Of a DNA stretch of 64,000 nt, positions 1 to 12,900 are shown one piece after another. Every line of letters begins with the position of its first letter. Positions within the stretch are counted from its first letter, which is position 1. A program made the translations under genes and the position numbers. Source of the DNA: Takakia lepidozioides. Lineage: Eukaryota > Plantae > Bryophyta. The notes below the pieces were generated by a model. It did no database searches and was not told where the DNA came from. It saw only the letters and a list, made by a program, of their open reading frames with translations. The stretch lies in NCBI GenBank assembly GCA_030704615.1, contig CM060731.1, positions 35,278,001 through 35,342,000 on the forward strand. Direction: 5' to 3'.

Positions 1-909
1 CGGGGAACATATGAGCCATCTGTAGTAACGCAGTACAACATTCCCATTGTAGAGACAAGAGTGTCGGAGTCACAGTGGAGAATTGCAAGGACATTGTCGG
101 CATTTCGAGGGAAATGCTGCGCCATCCGGGTGGATATGAGAGCACGTTGTGGCGAGATGATTCGGAGAAACCCACACGGTGCTATACCTGTACCTTGTTT
201 CAGCGGCAGATTTTTGACTCCCACATTTGCTCACGCCACAACGCAGACGTTTTGGTTCTGTAGGCACGACATAATGACCTGTGTATTTGGCAAGCCCAAG
301 TACGAGATTCAAGGAATGCCGGAGCCTCCGGCGTCTGGCCTATCGCACCGGGTTGCAACCTCTCTCAGAATGAGGCGGATGCTCTTTCTGCAGCAGGATT
401 TCGAATGGTGCAACGCACAGACGTCCCGGCCCACGCATTTCTAGTTCTTCAGACCCAGCCATTGCAGACTGATCGGTCCAGTAGAGACAGATTGGACAAT
501 TCTGCACATCCCACAATGCGATTCGGAAGAGTGAAGAGACGACAACCTCCCATCAAGTTGAATGAGACTCGGATTGCCAATGCTCTTGGGATGGCTTGCA
601 CTATTCAGAGCTCCGTGGACGTACCCCCACCTGGCCTTGGGCGTGTTTATCGAATGGCAATGGCCGGCTCGGCTGTACGCGACAGACGTATACACAATTA
701 CGATTGGAGTGGAGCCCACTTGCAATTGTACGGATTTCTCGTTGATGGAAGCAAAGAAGGGTTCAAAGTATTATCCGTGCAAGCATCTGTATTTCATTTA
801 CCTGAAGAGGTTGAGGATGAACTTGACTATTGATGACTTTATTCATGCACCAGGGTTGAGCGTGAACGAGCTGCACAAACTCCTCCTTAGGGATTCCAGA
901 AATCATTGA
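1..909 (+). pseudogene. 3' part of a frameshifted SWIM zinc-finger gene, probably TE-derived
   Basis: ORFs 61-444, 405-833 and 562-909 join through two frameshifts into one protein. It ends in a SWIM motif: YTITIGVEPTCNCTDF...PCKHLYFIY (CxC...CxH). TE-like subterminal repeats follow. Confidence 0.6.
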
Positions 910-1059
910 TGGGGCAAAGAGAATCCAGCATATGAATATTTTCAATTGCATTTTGATGCATCGGACTTTGTTTTTAAATCCACCCCAAAACTCCTGGAAT
1001 GAGACAGGCAATATTCCTGAAAACTGAGTTCCAACAGTAGCAGTTGTGGGGCTATTTCT

Positions 1060-1400
1060 GGAGAAATGGCGCCGAATTTCCCTATTTTGGGCCGAAAACT
1101 GGCTAAGTCCCAACATGCACGGGAACCATGTTTGGAAAAATGGCGCCGAATTTCCAATTACATGGCCCAATACTGCCCAACATCTGTGCAATCCCCGGCA
1201 CCATGCACCGAAAATCGGCGCCACATTTCAAAATTTTGGGCTTACACACCTGTCATGTCGGGACCTATAGCCGCGAAATTCGGCACCATTTTTCACCGGA
1301 GATACCTATTACCGCGAAAAACGTCGTAGATTTTTCTGGTTGCGGACCTTATTGCCGCGAAATTCGGCGCCATTTTTGCAAATATCGCTCGGAATTCGCA
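1060..1400. repeat. Cluster of ~18-bp AAATGGCGCCGAATTTC motifs in both orientations, like TE subterminal repeats
   Basis: Forward copies at ~1063 and ~1138; reverse copies at ~1211, ~1275 and ~1359. Confidence 0.7.
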
Positions 1401-1625
1401 TGAGCGGAAGACGAAATATCATGAGCACGGATCTCAAAAATAAAATATTCCCTTCAAAAAATGAATAATATATTGGTTTTTTCTGACACATTCCATTAAA
1501 ATAATGTTTTTTATGTTTTTTATTTCTAGAATTTGTACTTCTGCTCATGAAAACCGATTGTCTTGCTACTCCGCTCATGCCGCTCATGCTCATGAAATAG
1601 CTAACCTCTTGTAGAGGAGCTGCAT

Positions 1626-2737
1626 GTGTGTGGGCCCATAGCTAACCGTTGGATGTACCCCATGGAGAGGTACATGAAGGATCTGAAGGGGTATGTACGC
1701 AACATGACACGGCCAGAGGGGAGTATGGCGGAGGGCTACATCCGTGACGAAGCCATGGGCTTCATGACAGAGTATATGTCTTCATTTGATGCAACACAAC
1801 GACGGGTGTGGGACGAGAACGAGGAAGAAGGGGATGTGGCACATGATTATGTGCTGAACAACACAACAACCATGACACCATGGAGAGAGTGGGTGTAAAT
1901 TTACATCCCTCCTGTGCTTTTCTTAATGGTCTTTGTATGTTGGAATTACATATATACTGTCACAAGTCATTCTGGCCACTATGGGAGTGGGATCGTGTTC
2001 TAACAGGGTGCTTTAGACGACTACAGAGGGTGTTTCGTAGTTGGTGTTGTTGCTTGCAAGTGATTATGAAGTAGGCTGCATCACTACAATGTGCTTGAAA
2101 GGGCACAATCTGCATGTGGCATGCATGTACAGTACGGTGTTGGTCAGGGGGATTGAGTTGCAGCTTCTATTTGGTTTCTTCCAGAAAGTACGCAGCGGAG
2201 AAGGTCCGCTTGAAAACAGAACGGATTGCATTTGCAAAAGCATGGCGGAGGGACGGTTGTAGGCGCAAATCCCCGGTGGAGTACCCCACAACTATAGAGG
2301 AGCTGCAGCCCTTTACAGTGTGGGTCAGATCTACAGTTGCAGTGTACGCATCAGAGAACGAGGACCCAGATCAGGGCACGGTGAGTCTGTCATTCCCCCC
2401 GAGGCTGATTGCCACTTCGTACCGCTCAATGAAAGCATATGGCAATCATTATAGAGTGGACGATGCCAACACCAGCCTCCTGGTGACTTATGAAAGCGGA
2501 GTGGCATCATTTTTTGAACAAGAGAGTAGGAGCTGTGCACGAGATCGGAATCCAATTTCATGCCATGTGCAATATGTAGGAGTCATCAAAGATATCCTTA
2601 AACTAGACTATGGTCTTGTGAAGCCAATTCTATTCCGTTGTTCTTGGGTAAAAGCCAATATGGTGGGGGAGAATGCCACCATGAAACGGTCCTACTTGAA
2701 TCCCAGCTCAGGCCATCTCAGGCCAAGTATTGCCTGA
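1626..2737 (+). mobile_element. CACTA/En-Spm transposase fragment (DUF4218 and DUF4216 regions)
   Basis: GPIANRWMYPMERYMKDLKGYVRNMTRPEGSMAEGY is DUF4218-like; YVGVIKDILKLDYGLVKPILFRCSWVK is DUF4216-like. Truncated at both ends. Confidence 0.85.
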
Positions 2738-3043
2738 ACCGGTAGACAATTCCGGCTAAAAAAAAGGTGCTATGTCACCGATTTACGAGGAAATGACGGG
2801 GGACTCCTTTGGCACACCCTACGAAGGGCATGGGGATGCCTTCTATTTCGGAGTTTCACTCGACAGACAACCGAAAAACGATCAAACTACCACCCAAAGT
2901 GTGCGAGGGTCTCGTTGTTAGAGGGTTGTGTTGGACTTAGACAGTTTTACGGCTTTTGTGGGGTACCCTTAATTTTGCGCAGACCTACGGGTGGTAGACT
3001 AGCTTTTCTGCTAGTTTAGCAATAGTACCATGCATATTTCTAA

Positions 3044-3124
3044 AACAACCAACATGTAGCCCAGTGGTAAGGGCATATACCCTCTTACGAGTGGTTGTGG
3101 GTTCAAACCACCCTGTTGGTTGTT
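3044..3124 (+). other. Degenerate tRNA-like element (A box, B box, D-arm)
   Basis: A box TAGCCCAGTGG at 3057; D-arm GCCC-AGTGGTAA-GGGC; B box GGTTCAAACC at ~3100. Flanked by an 11-bp inverted repeat AACAACCAACA/TGTTGGTTGTT. The anticodon arm is not canonical. Confidence 0.45.
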
Positions 3125-3197
3125 ACAAAGGTGTCCACCTTCCTACCGGAAGGCAGCAGCCCTTCTGGGTTAAGTGTCACCATAAGTTACGCTTGCT

Positions 3198-3835
3198 TCA
3201 ACAACGCGTCCACATTTTTTTTGCATATATCAGTAGTAATTTTAGTTTCGCATCCTCGGTAGCTTTCATAGTTTCTCTCATTTTCCTACCACTTTCACGG
3301 ACCTCGTTCAAACACTCAAGTAGGAGTTGGTCCTCTTTTCTCTTCTTCTCAGAACTTCTCTCAGACAATTTATCATAATTGACTTTGTTACTATCTTCCA
3401 TCTTCACTGTTATCTCATCAAATACCACAGTGGCATTCAAACCCTTTGGCTCATGAGCACATCCGTGTGCATGAGTAACGACATTGGCTCGATCGTGCAC
3501 GTATATTGATCTACCAAATCAAACCATTTGCACTTCTCAGATCTGTCATTTCCAGAAATTCCATCGAGAGCCTTATCCTCATTCTAGTCTTTGTAAATAG
3601 CCTGGTGCAGTACCAGTCGTAGTTGAAGATGAGGTCGTGCTTGTGCCCAACTTGGGTGGAAATTGAATGGTCCCATGTTTGAATAGAACATCTGTGGAGG
3701 ATTTGGGTGCGGGTATTCACCCAACAATTGTGAAAATGAACCTGGTGTATACATATTTGAAATCGTAGGTTGCATGAGCCGATGGCCATTCCCCTCTTCC
3801 AAGTCTATGAAAAGTACCTGCTCTGTGGGTTCCAT
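3198..3835 (-). pseudogene. Degenerate Myb/SANT-like coiled-coil gene, possibly a PIF/Harbinger accessory ORF
   Basis: Frameshifted KCKWFDLVDQY-MHDRANVV...HAH followed by a charged coiled-coil C-terminus. The family call rests on resemblance only. Confidence 0.35.
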
Positions 3836-4199
3836 GAGGGCTCCTAAACCCTATCGTGAAGACGCACATCTTTCCATAGTGACCCGTAGTGAAGAGCTGC
3901 GTGAAGAAGTTCGGGAAGAAGGAAGACGCCGGTGGGCCCTGCATTTCATGTCAAGACAAAACTTTTCAGAGACGCGCAACACTTCCAGCCGGAAGTGCCT
4001 GGAAGTGTTGCGGTTTCTAAAACCGTCCACTTCAGTAGACATATCAGCTTCCGGTAGAACGTGCTTCCTCTCGTGTGTTAGATGCGGTTTTCCCTCGGCC
4101 AATGGTCGTCTCCCATTCATCTCAATTGCCGCTCGTGTGTCTACGCCCTATGTAGGGTTGGGGTGTTTGCTAGAACTTCACACCATCAGTGTCAGCTGC

Positions 4200-6196
4200 T
4201 AGAAGCAAGGTTGTGGATGTATTCATGATTTGTACACAGGCAGGGATAGCTGAAGGATAAGGGATAGAGGTCCAGATTCATCCAAGAAGGCCGGATTAAC
4301 ACAAGATTACTTTTGATTCCCTGTGGATCAAGAGCTACAAGAAACCTGCGTGGGTAGATGGTCAACTGGAAACAGCAGCGGCAGCAGCGCAATGGATAAA
4401 ATCAGGCATTGCTAATGAAGACACATTTTTCAACACATTTCACCATGTTTTTTCTCTTATCATAATCGGCCCTAAATTTCAATGTGGAACTCTGCAAATT
4501 AGCTGATTGAGTAAACCTTTGAGAGTTTGGAGTGATTTTGATATGATACTGCCAATGTGGCAACAGGAAAGTATCAAAAAACATATAACAGAGACGGGGA
4601 GTACAGAGAGTATCAGATGCAATTGAGCATATGAACATTCACTTATGCTCTCAATGCATGTGCCAAGCTAGGAAGCATGGAAAAAGGGCAACAGGTCCAT
4701 GCTGACATCATCAAAACTGGAATTCTGTCAGATGTTACAATATTGGAGACAACCCTTATTGACATGTATGCCAAGTGTGGAAGCATAATAGATGCTCACT
4801 GAACGAGATTGTACGTTTGCAGTGCGTGTGCAAGTCTGGCAGCCCTGGAAAAAAACCAAAGAGGTGCATGGTTGCAACACCAAAGCTAGAATTGTACTAG
4901 ATGTGAAATTCTGAACAATACCCTCATGGACATGTATGCCAAATGTGGGAGCATTGAGGATGCAGAGGAAGTATTCAACACTATGGCTGAACGAGATGTG
5001 GTGTCGTGGAGCGCGATGCTTGCAGGATGTGCACAACAGGGACGTGAGATGGAGGCTTTGAAGACCTATCTCATGGGGGAAGGGGTGAAGCCTGACAACG
5101 TAACGTTTGTGTGCGTTTGCAGTACGTGTGCAAGCCTGGCAGCTCTGGAAAAGAGAAAAGAGGTCCATGGTTGCATCGTCAAAGTTGGAATTGTACTTGA
5201 TGTGATTCTGAATAATGCCCACGTGGACATGTATGCCACATGTGGGAGCATCGAGGATGCGAAGGTAATTTTCAACATTGTGGCTCTTGGAGTGATTATG
5301 ACATGTCAATATGACAACAAGAAAGTATCAAAAAATAGATAAGAGATATGATTTGACCCGAGTCAATGGTGGGACAATGGAGACAAAAAGGCGAATGGTT
5401 ATTGGAAGCAGATGCAATTCAAAATTGGAACTATTGTGATAAGAAGGGTTGGGGTGTTTGCTGGAAGAACTTCATGCCGTCAGTGTCAGTTGCTAGTAGC
5501 ACGGCTGAGGATTGTATTCATGATTTGTACGCAAGAAGGGATAGAGTGTGGGTCCAGATTCATCCAAGAGGGCCGGATTTCAAACACAAGATTACTTCTG
5601 ATTCCCTGTCGATCAATAGCTACAAGAAAAATCTGCGTGGGTAGATGGTCAACTGGAAACAGCAGCGGTAGCATCACAATTGATAGAATAAGGTATTGCT
5701 AATCCTTCTTCGACACATTTCAGCCTGTTTTCCCCTGTTATCGGAGTCGTCCCCAAATTTTCATGTTGAATTCTGCAAGTTAGCTCGTTGGTGGATCTAT
5801 GGTGGTTTTGGAGTGATTTTGACATGGTACTGCCACTGTGGCAACATGAAAGTATCGAAAAACAGATACAGAGACGATGAGAAGCTCTGGAATGAATACG
5901 TTTCCGACCCCAGTCAATGGTGGAACAATTGAGGCAAAAAGGTGAATGCCTGTTGAAGTAGATGCAAGTCAGCATATGAACTAGTGTGATAAGTAGGGTT
6001 CATGTGTTTGCTGGAATAAATCTAAGCTGTCATTGTCAATTGCTTGCAGCAAGACAAGGATGTATGCATGATTTGTGCAGAGGCAGGGATAGTTGAAGGA
6101 GCAGGGATAGAGTGTGGGTTCAGATTTATCCAAGAGGGCTAGATTTCAAGCACAAAATTACCTATGATTCCCTATGGATCAATAGCTACAAGAACC
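4200..6196 (+). pseudogene. Scrambled mosaic of PLS-PPR fragments and intron-split OSB-type PDF motifs
   Basis: PPR pieces at 4640-5290 (MYAKCGSIEDAEEVFNTMAERDVVSWS...). PDF exons at 4276-4405, 5352-5390 + 5558-5692 and 5849-5941 + 6124-6196. Consensus of the spliced copies: LWNEYVSDPSQWWxNxxKK|IHPRGPDFKHKITxDSLWIxSYKKPAWV. Many stops and indels. Confidence 0.8.
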
Positions 6197-6197
6197 A

Positions 6198-6561
6198 TCA
6201 TGTACAATTTCTACGTTCCTAAACAAACTTGAAGCTCTAATTCAAAATTCGCCCAAACATTGTCCAATTATCATTTTGGGAGATTTTAATGTTGATATTT
6301 TAGTAGCCAATAACCATGCAAAAAAACAAACAACAACTGTTGAATTTCATGGATAAATTAAAGTCGCAGTTTAGTGGAAGCACCACAAAAGTCGGATCTC
6401 AACTAGACCACATATGGGCAAATGTCATTGGAAATGAATGTGCATCTGGTGTAACAGAAGCATTCTGGCCAGATTTCCACAAACCAATTTATATTGCATT
6501 CAAACTACCAAACACACTTCCAATATATAACAATGAACCATCAACCTCTTTATTTACCTAA
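6198..6561 (+). mobile_element. C-terminal AP-like (EEP) endonuclease fragment of a TE, Helentron-like
   Basis: PIIILGDFNVD, then a frameshift, then TTKVGSQLDHIWAN...DFHKPIYIAF and a stop. AT-rich, and it abruptly interrupts a PDF exon. Confidence 0.7.
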
Positions 6562-6960
6562 ACATGATCAATCTTAACAATGACTATTACTCTTTATTTG
6601 CAGGATTTCACATACGGTACCCTTTCTTTGGACACAATTTTAGATTTTAGGGCAGAGCCTTTCGTGGTGGAGCTGCTTGTTGGAAATGAAGCAAAGTTTA
6701 CTGCAAATGAGGCAACCTTTATTGGAAATGGAAGTGGTCATTTGGTATTCCATAATGATGAGTCGCCCGACAAATGCCACTTTCATGCATATAGTATACT
6801 AACACGTAAACACTTTCGTACAATTCACGGGCTCTTTTATTCCACTGGGCCGGGCCGAATCGGGCGAGGTGGACCTGGCCCATCTAAAGGGAGGGTGACC
6901 CTGGAGCTCCGGAAGATAACCCCCTCGACTCCATCCATGATTCCATGGACACGCTCAGCG

Positions 6961-9900
6961 ATGGCTGCTCTGGGGTGCTGTTTCGAGGGGGGAGCAACAG
7001 GGAGTGGATTGTCTCAAGGGTTGATGGGCGGGAAAAGATTAGATTCTTCAGTCTCCAGATTGGTTGGACAAACTGTACTGTTTGGACACAAGCATTTTTC
7101 ACATGGAAGGTCGCAGTTGGGTGTAGCAAGTGGAATACAGAGATATCCTGGAGGACATGTAAGGACACAAAATTTGGCAGCAAGAGCTCACATTGGACTT
7201 GTTCCTACATACCCCACATCAACAGTTGGCCTTATGAATTCAGGCGCTAAGCAGTGCCACTCTCCAGCAGCAGCGGTTGGGATGTCCACTTCATCACTGT
7301 TCTATCCAGAGCTGGCTGGGATTGTTATTGGTACAGGAGTGGTGGTGGGGTTGGCCTTTGGTATGTTTGTGTTGCACTACCTGTTGTATATAGAAGCCCA
7401 TTAACAGGGGCATGCATAGTATGAAAAATATTCGCTGTTTGCAGCTTGGTTCAACCTCTGTGAAGGATTTTCTGGTATTGATACAGTTCAAGCGTTAGGC
7501 AGCCTTATCACCCACTGTGAAGGGTACTTTATTGAGATGAATAGGGGTGTGTGATTATCTTTAGTAATTCAGGGCCTAGAAGGATGTAGAGCATGCTAGT
7601 CTCTAAATTGTGTTTGTATCTGAAAGACGGTTTGGTTTTATGGCCAGCACTTTGTAAGTTGGGGAGAGACAAGGGAGTCTCCAAACTCAGCAGAGCCAAT
7701 GTTGATAACAAGGTATTTCCAGACCCCAATTCGGAAAATGACTGGAACTGCATTTGCAGCCACATGTCGCACGTCTGCTTTAGAAGTGGTTTATAGTAGC
7801 AGTGGTGAACAGTATCTCATGTGTGCTAGTATGTTGTTGTTGCTGCCAGCCCTTAAAATGGCCGTCACAAGTTTTGTTGGCTGTGGGTGAGCAATACGGG
7901 AGCAGTTTGAGCGGAACACAGAGGAACAGAACCTACCTTTGTCAGGGGCTGGCGCCGGTAGTAAGACTTACCTTGGAATAAGCAATTGATCTGGGACCAA
8001 TCTTTATGTTTCTGAGACCAAGCTTGGTTTGACCTTCAGAGTAGCTTTCGTTTTCTCCTAGTAACCACCTACTGAGAGCAAGCAACAAACCCCATGAAGG
8101 TGAATATTCAAGGGCATTTGAACTTACGGGGGTCTAGGCAAGGCGCTGAGTGTGGTGTCACCCCTTCGGAAATTAGCATGTGCAGAAGACAGCCAACTCA
8201 TCTTAATTAAAAAAACAAGCAGTTCGTTCCCATGGGATTTGGTATATCACATTTTGTTGAAGTAGCTTCTGATTTTGATCTCACTTCAGCACATGGCAGG
8301 GAATTGCAGGGCTTGTTCAGGCATCAAATATATGCAAGCCAGATTCTTTACAGCCATATTGTTGGCAAAGCCTTGAGGAACAGAATGCGGGATATTGGAA
8401 GCAAGCAGGAAGAGTATCAGTGCAAGCACTGGTGGTCTGTGCAGCTGCGGCATGTCTATTGTGGTTGGCAGGAGGTAAAGGTTTTATTCTCTTCTTGCCA
8501 AACATGGTTGGAGCACTGTAAAGGTCAAGGTGGTTACTTGCTTTTCCAAGATTGAGGGAGAATTTTGCATTGTTGACGTCGGGCCTTGTACAAACCAAAT
8601 GAAGGCCTGTATGCTCAACAAAGCAAAATCTAGAAATCTTTGCTATTACCGTGGCATGTGGAAGGAAACCAAAACTGCCACTTGCATATGCGTGGGATTG
8701 GATTGGCAGGAGCCAGGCCAGTTTTTGCAGCTGACAATAGCACAGGGGTGCTGGTGCTGCCCCTTGTGGGAAGAGTTAAGGCAAGAGCAACAGCCATGTG
8801 GCCTAAGACTCTACAGGTTCTGGAGGTGTTGAGAGATCAAGGTCTGCTTTTATCCATGCTGCTGGGCTGTTCCGCCTTTTTCTCGATGGCTGAGACATCC
8901 ATAACAACTCTTTGGCCCTGGAAGGTGCATCCCTATGTCCTGAACAGGGGGCCTGCATGACCTCTTGTCCATCCTTGCTGGTTACGTTTTCTTCCATAAC
9001 CTCTGCAAAGGTCATTTGGGGTATGAATATGTTGTCTGACATGATACATATGCACTGAATTGTAGACATAGAAAGAAAGAAAAACCAGTGATTGTTGGAT
9101 AAGGAGATGGTCGTTGGAGTGATGGCCAGGTCCGAGAGTTGGCAGAGAAAGAAGAAGAAGGTGGGGTGTTTCATCTGCTTCGCCAAGACGTCACTCGCTT
9201 CCTTACTACTATCCTCATCGGCACTACGTATGGGCCCTCGAACACCCACCCAAGAGCGTGTATCAGGCTGTTGGTCCAAAAGTTACTCCTTTTGTCATTT
9301 CATTCATTCGTGGAACCGCACTAGAGCTACCAGCAAGGATTCCAATCTTAGGCTTCTTAATTTAGGCTTCTCGTTCATGTAGATACTTTGAGGTTGAAAG
9401 GGTCATTGGCACACAATTATTGAGTATGTTCCGCATGTTACAGGGTTGCCAATATAGCAGCAACAGCATTGGTGACTGACGCTGCAACAGCCTTATTTGG
9501 GGAGGCTGGAATTAGTGCGGCCACTGGCATCATGACAGTGAGTGCCCTACTGGTTGTCTCTTCCATTACTATTAGGAGCTCAGGTTGATTCCTTTCCAAA
9601 TTTTAGGTTGTGACTCTTGCTTATCTCTGTCCTTCCTTCCTTGCAACTCTAATATCTACTTGTAATCCACTTTTCTGAAAAGAAGATGGTTTTACCTGGG
9701 CAGGTTGTAATTCTGCTGGTGACAGAGATTGCACCCAAGAGCATCGCAGTGCACAATGCAACAGAAGTGGCACGCGTTGTGGTATGTCATTTGCAATGCT
9801 AATGAAATTGTTTGGCACAGTTCACTTCCAAGCTTCATGGAAGGCGCTACTTCTCCCCTATGTCCCAAACGTCACCATAGGCCTCTGTAGAAACATAGAG

Positions 9901-12900
9901 GGATACATTCTCATGGTTACTGAAAGAAGGCAAGTTTACTTCTGCAAACCACCAAAGGAAGAAAGAAACTCACTCGAGTGATCTACAGACACCCCTGATT
10001 CTCTTTCTTTTTGTTGAGATTCAGGTGTAGCTTAAGAAACATTCAGTACAATCTAAGCTAACTGTGTGACATATGGGCAGGTGCGGCCAGTGGCATGGTT
10101 GTCAGTAGTGTTGTACCCAGTGGGGCGTGTGGTGACAGCACTATCCACAAGTTTACTCAAACTCCTCGGCTTGAAAAGCAGTGGGTATGCATGCTGCTCT
10201 CATTATTTTTGGTGTTGTGTGAAAGCTGTTCGGAACTAAGGGGGGACTTGGGGTGTGCACAATGTTAGTTCTTTCAAATATTAAGGGCGTACCTCGTATT
10301 CCAGTTGAATCCAACTACAAAATCAAAATCATAGAAGCTCACTTCAGGTATCAATTCCTCGTTAATATCCCTTACATATGGCTTTTTCGTTCTTATACCT
10401 TTGTCCATGAAGTGGCCTTCATCTAGATCTAGTTATTATTGATTAAAACAGTTTAGAATGCTGTGAATGGACAGGGAACCATTTGTGAGTGAAGAGGAAC
10501 TCAAGCTGATGTTGAGAGGAGCAGAGCTAAGTGGAGCCATTGAAGAGGAAGAGCAGGTACCGCCTCTTATTTTTGTGGCCTTCAGTAAAAGCTGAAGCAA
10601 CTGATGAATGAGTGCACATTGCTTATCACCTCCTCCTATCAACCGCTGCTATGAGCTGCTTCCAAACTATAGAATGGATCACCTTGCTTGACCATTGCTG
10701 GCTGAAGCAAGTGATGAATTGGGTACACACTTCTAGTGGTTACGGCATCTCATCACCTCCTCTTATCAACCACTGCTATGGGCTGCTTTCAAACTAGGAA
10801 TGGATGGCGTTGCTTGACCATTGCTGTCTGCATTTGGTTGATCCCATAACGATCTTGTATGTAGGACCTGAGGATGGAAGGGTGGTATGTTGGGGCACAG
10901 GACATGATTGAGAATGTCCTGGAGATAAAAGACACATATGTGCAAGAAGTTATGACGCCTTTGGTGGATGTGGTAGCTATCGATGCTGGTGCCACACTAA
11001 TGGAGTTCCGCACTCTGTGGGTCAAACATCAGTACTCCAGGTATTCTGTTACCTTTTTTCTGGAAAGAAGATGGAAGTAATAGCAAGGAGCTTGGTAGAC
11101 CTGAAAGGGACAACCATTTGAAATGACAGCATGGGGAGTCACTTTCACCATTGCATGCTATTCTGAGGTGAGTGCAAAGGGTCTTTATTGTGTGAGCCCG
11201 CTGAGAAAAAAACCCTTAATCCCTTCACACAATGTCCGATAAATAGTTGAGATTCTTAATTAAGAGCTCAACGGGTTATTTTGTGATGCCCTAACCTGTC
11301 TGTGTGTTGGTTTTGGCAGGGTACCTGTGTTTGAACGCCGTATCGACAACATAGTTGGGATAGCCTATGCCATGGACATGCTTGATTATGTGGAGCAGGT
11401 CAGTTCTTGCCACCTCTTGGACAACCACTCAGAGGCAGTCAAGTTCGTAATTCTGTGTTGGACACTGTACAGATAAGACCAAGCTGATTGAGAACAAAAG
11501 AGGAAATCAGAGACAACAGATGTAGCCACTGTAGATAATATTAGAAAGTTACGTCTGGGTATGTGATGAAGATGCTCACTTAGTAACCGCAACACTTTTG
11601 TGTTTGGCTGAATCAATCTATATAGGGGGAAGGGAGATTGTGCACAGTACAATTTGAAAGAGCTACCACAATTAGAACACATTGGGCATGGAAAAAGTAA
11701 CTTTCAACATCAGCCTTTGCACGCCTTTGGAATGAAGCTATTTGTGCTACCTTCAACATGCAAAGTACACGTCTTGGGGGCATACCAAATTTGAGAGGGA
11801 GTTAACAATAGTTTGGACATATATGGCAGGATAGATGTAAAATCTGTTAGTACTTGTGGTGCTTGTATTGGTCAATAGGAAGCACTCCGAGAAATTATTG
11901 TGGAAATGCAGGCCGAGCTATTGCAGAGGTTAACAGTGGGACGCATTACGCACAGACCTGCTTATTTTGTCCCAGGTGACTGATTCCACATGTTCCCCAG
12001 ACTTTCTTACCATTTCTCAGGACTTCAAAGTTTCCTTGGGCACAGAACATAGCAAATTACTTACTAATTAAGTGCATAGGTGATGTTCCGTGCATTGCTT
12101 CCAATGGTCTCTAAATCTAACCTGGTTATGTTTGTGCAGACTCCATGTCAGTATGGAATTTGCTGAGGGAGTTCCGCATACGGAAAGTGCACATGGCAAT
12201 TGTTCTCAATGAGTACGGTGGCACTGTTGGGGTATGTGATGTTTTTCTGAATGGATGTGGTAGGAGACTCGTGTAGATATGCTGCCAAGTATTTCTGGTT
12301 CTCGTAGGGAAAGACCTCAGCCAGGGATTGGCTGTCCTGTGAACTATCACTGTCTTATGTTTTGAACATCTTAGGCTGGTCTGCCTTCAAATGTGGCTCT
12401 TGATACTATCTTTGGGATTTATGTCTTATTGGAAAATGTTGTGCTCGTGGGGCTCATTGTGCTCATGGTTGTGATTTGACTAAAGGATATTTAAGTCCTC
12501 TCTATTTATGTGAAGCCTTAGATTAATTTGTTTCCTGCTTCATAATGTACTATCAGGTTGTGACATTGGAGGATGTGGTGGAAGAAATTGTGGGTGAGAT
12601 TTTTGATGAAAATGATTCCAAGGTCTGTGGTTCCCCTTTGCCTGATTCCTTGCAATTTTCTGTTTGTGGAATGGTTGTCTACTGTCTATCTGTTACTTTT
12701 TGTGGGTTTTAACCCAAGGGGAATAAAACTTGATAAAATCACAAAATACCATATTGCTTGAGCACAGCAGATGAAACTAATCAATTTAAGTGCTATTATT
12801 ACCATGCTGACACCTTATGGTAGCCCCTTACCTTGGTAATCTGACCATAGTAAGGAAACAGCAGAAAGTTAACCTTGGCTAGAACAGATGTGATACATGT

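Noticed and set aside
6580-7404. 274-aa ORF as a standalone gene
   Set aside because: Chimeric: the 5' part is TE/promoter sequence and the 3' part is exon 1 of the DUF21 gene, which splices at 7360 in phase with exon 2.
8100-8680. Possible L1-type RT remnant, or a Copia-like CTRPD motif, in DUF21 intron 1
   Set aside because: Only vague motif resemblance; too degenerate to support by eye.
10591-10830. Intronic C/D-box snoRNA pair (TGATGA...CTGA)
   Set aside because: No convincing terminal stem or recognisable rRNA guide; better explained as a tandem duplication.
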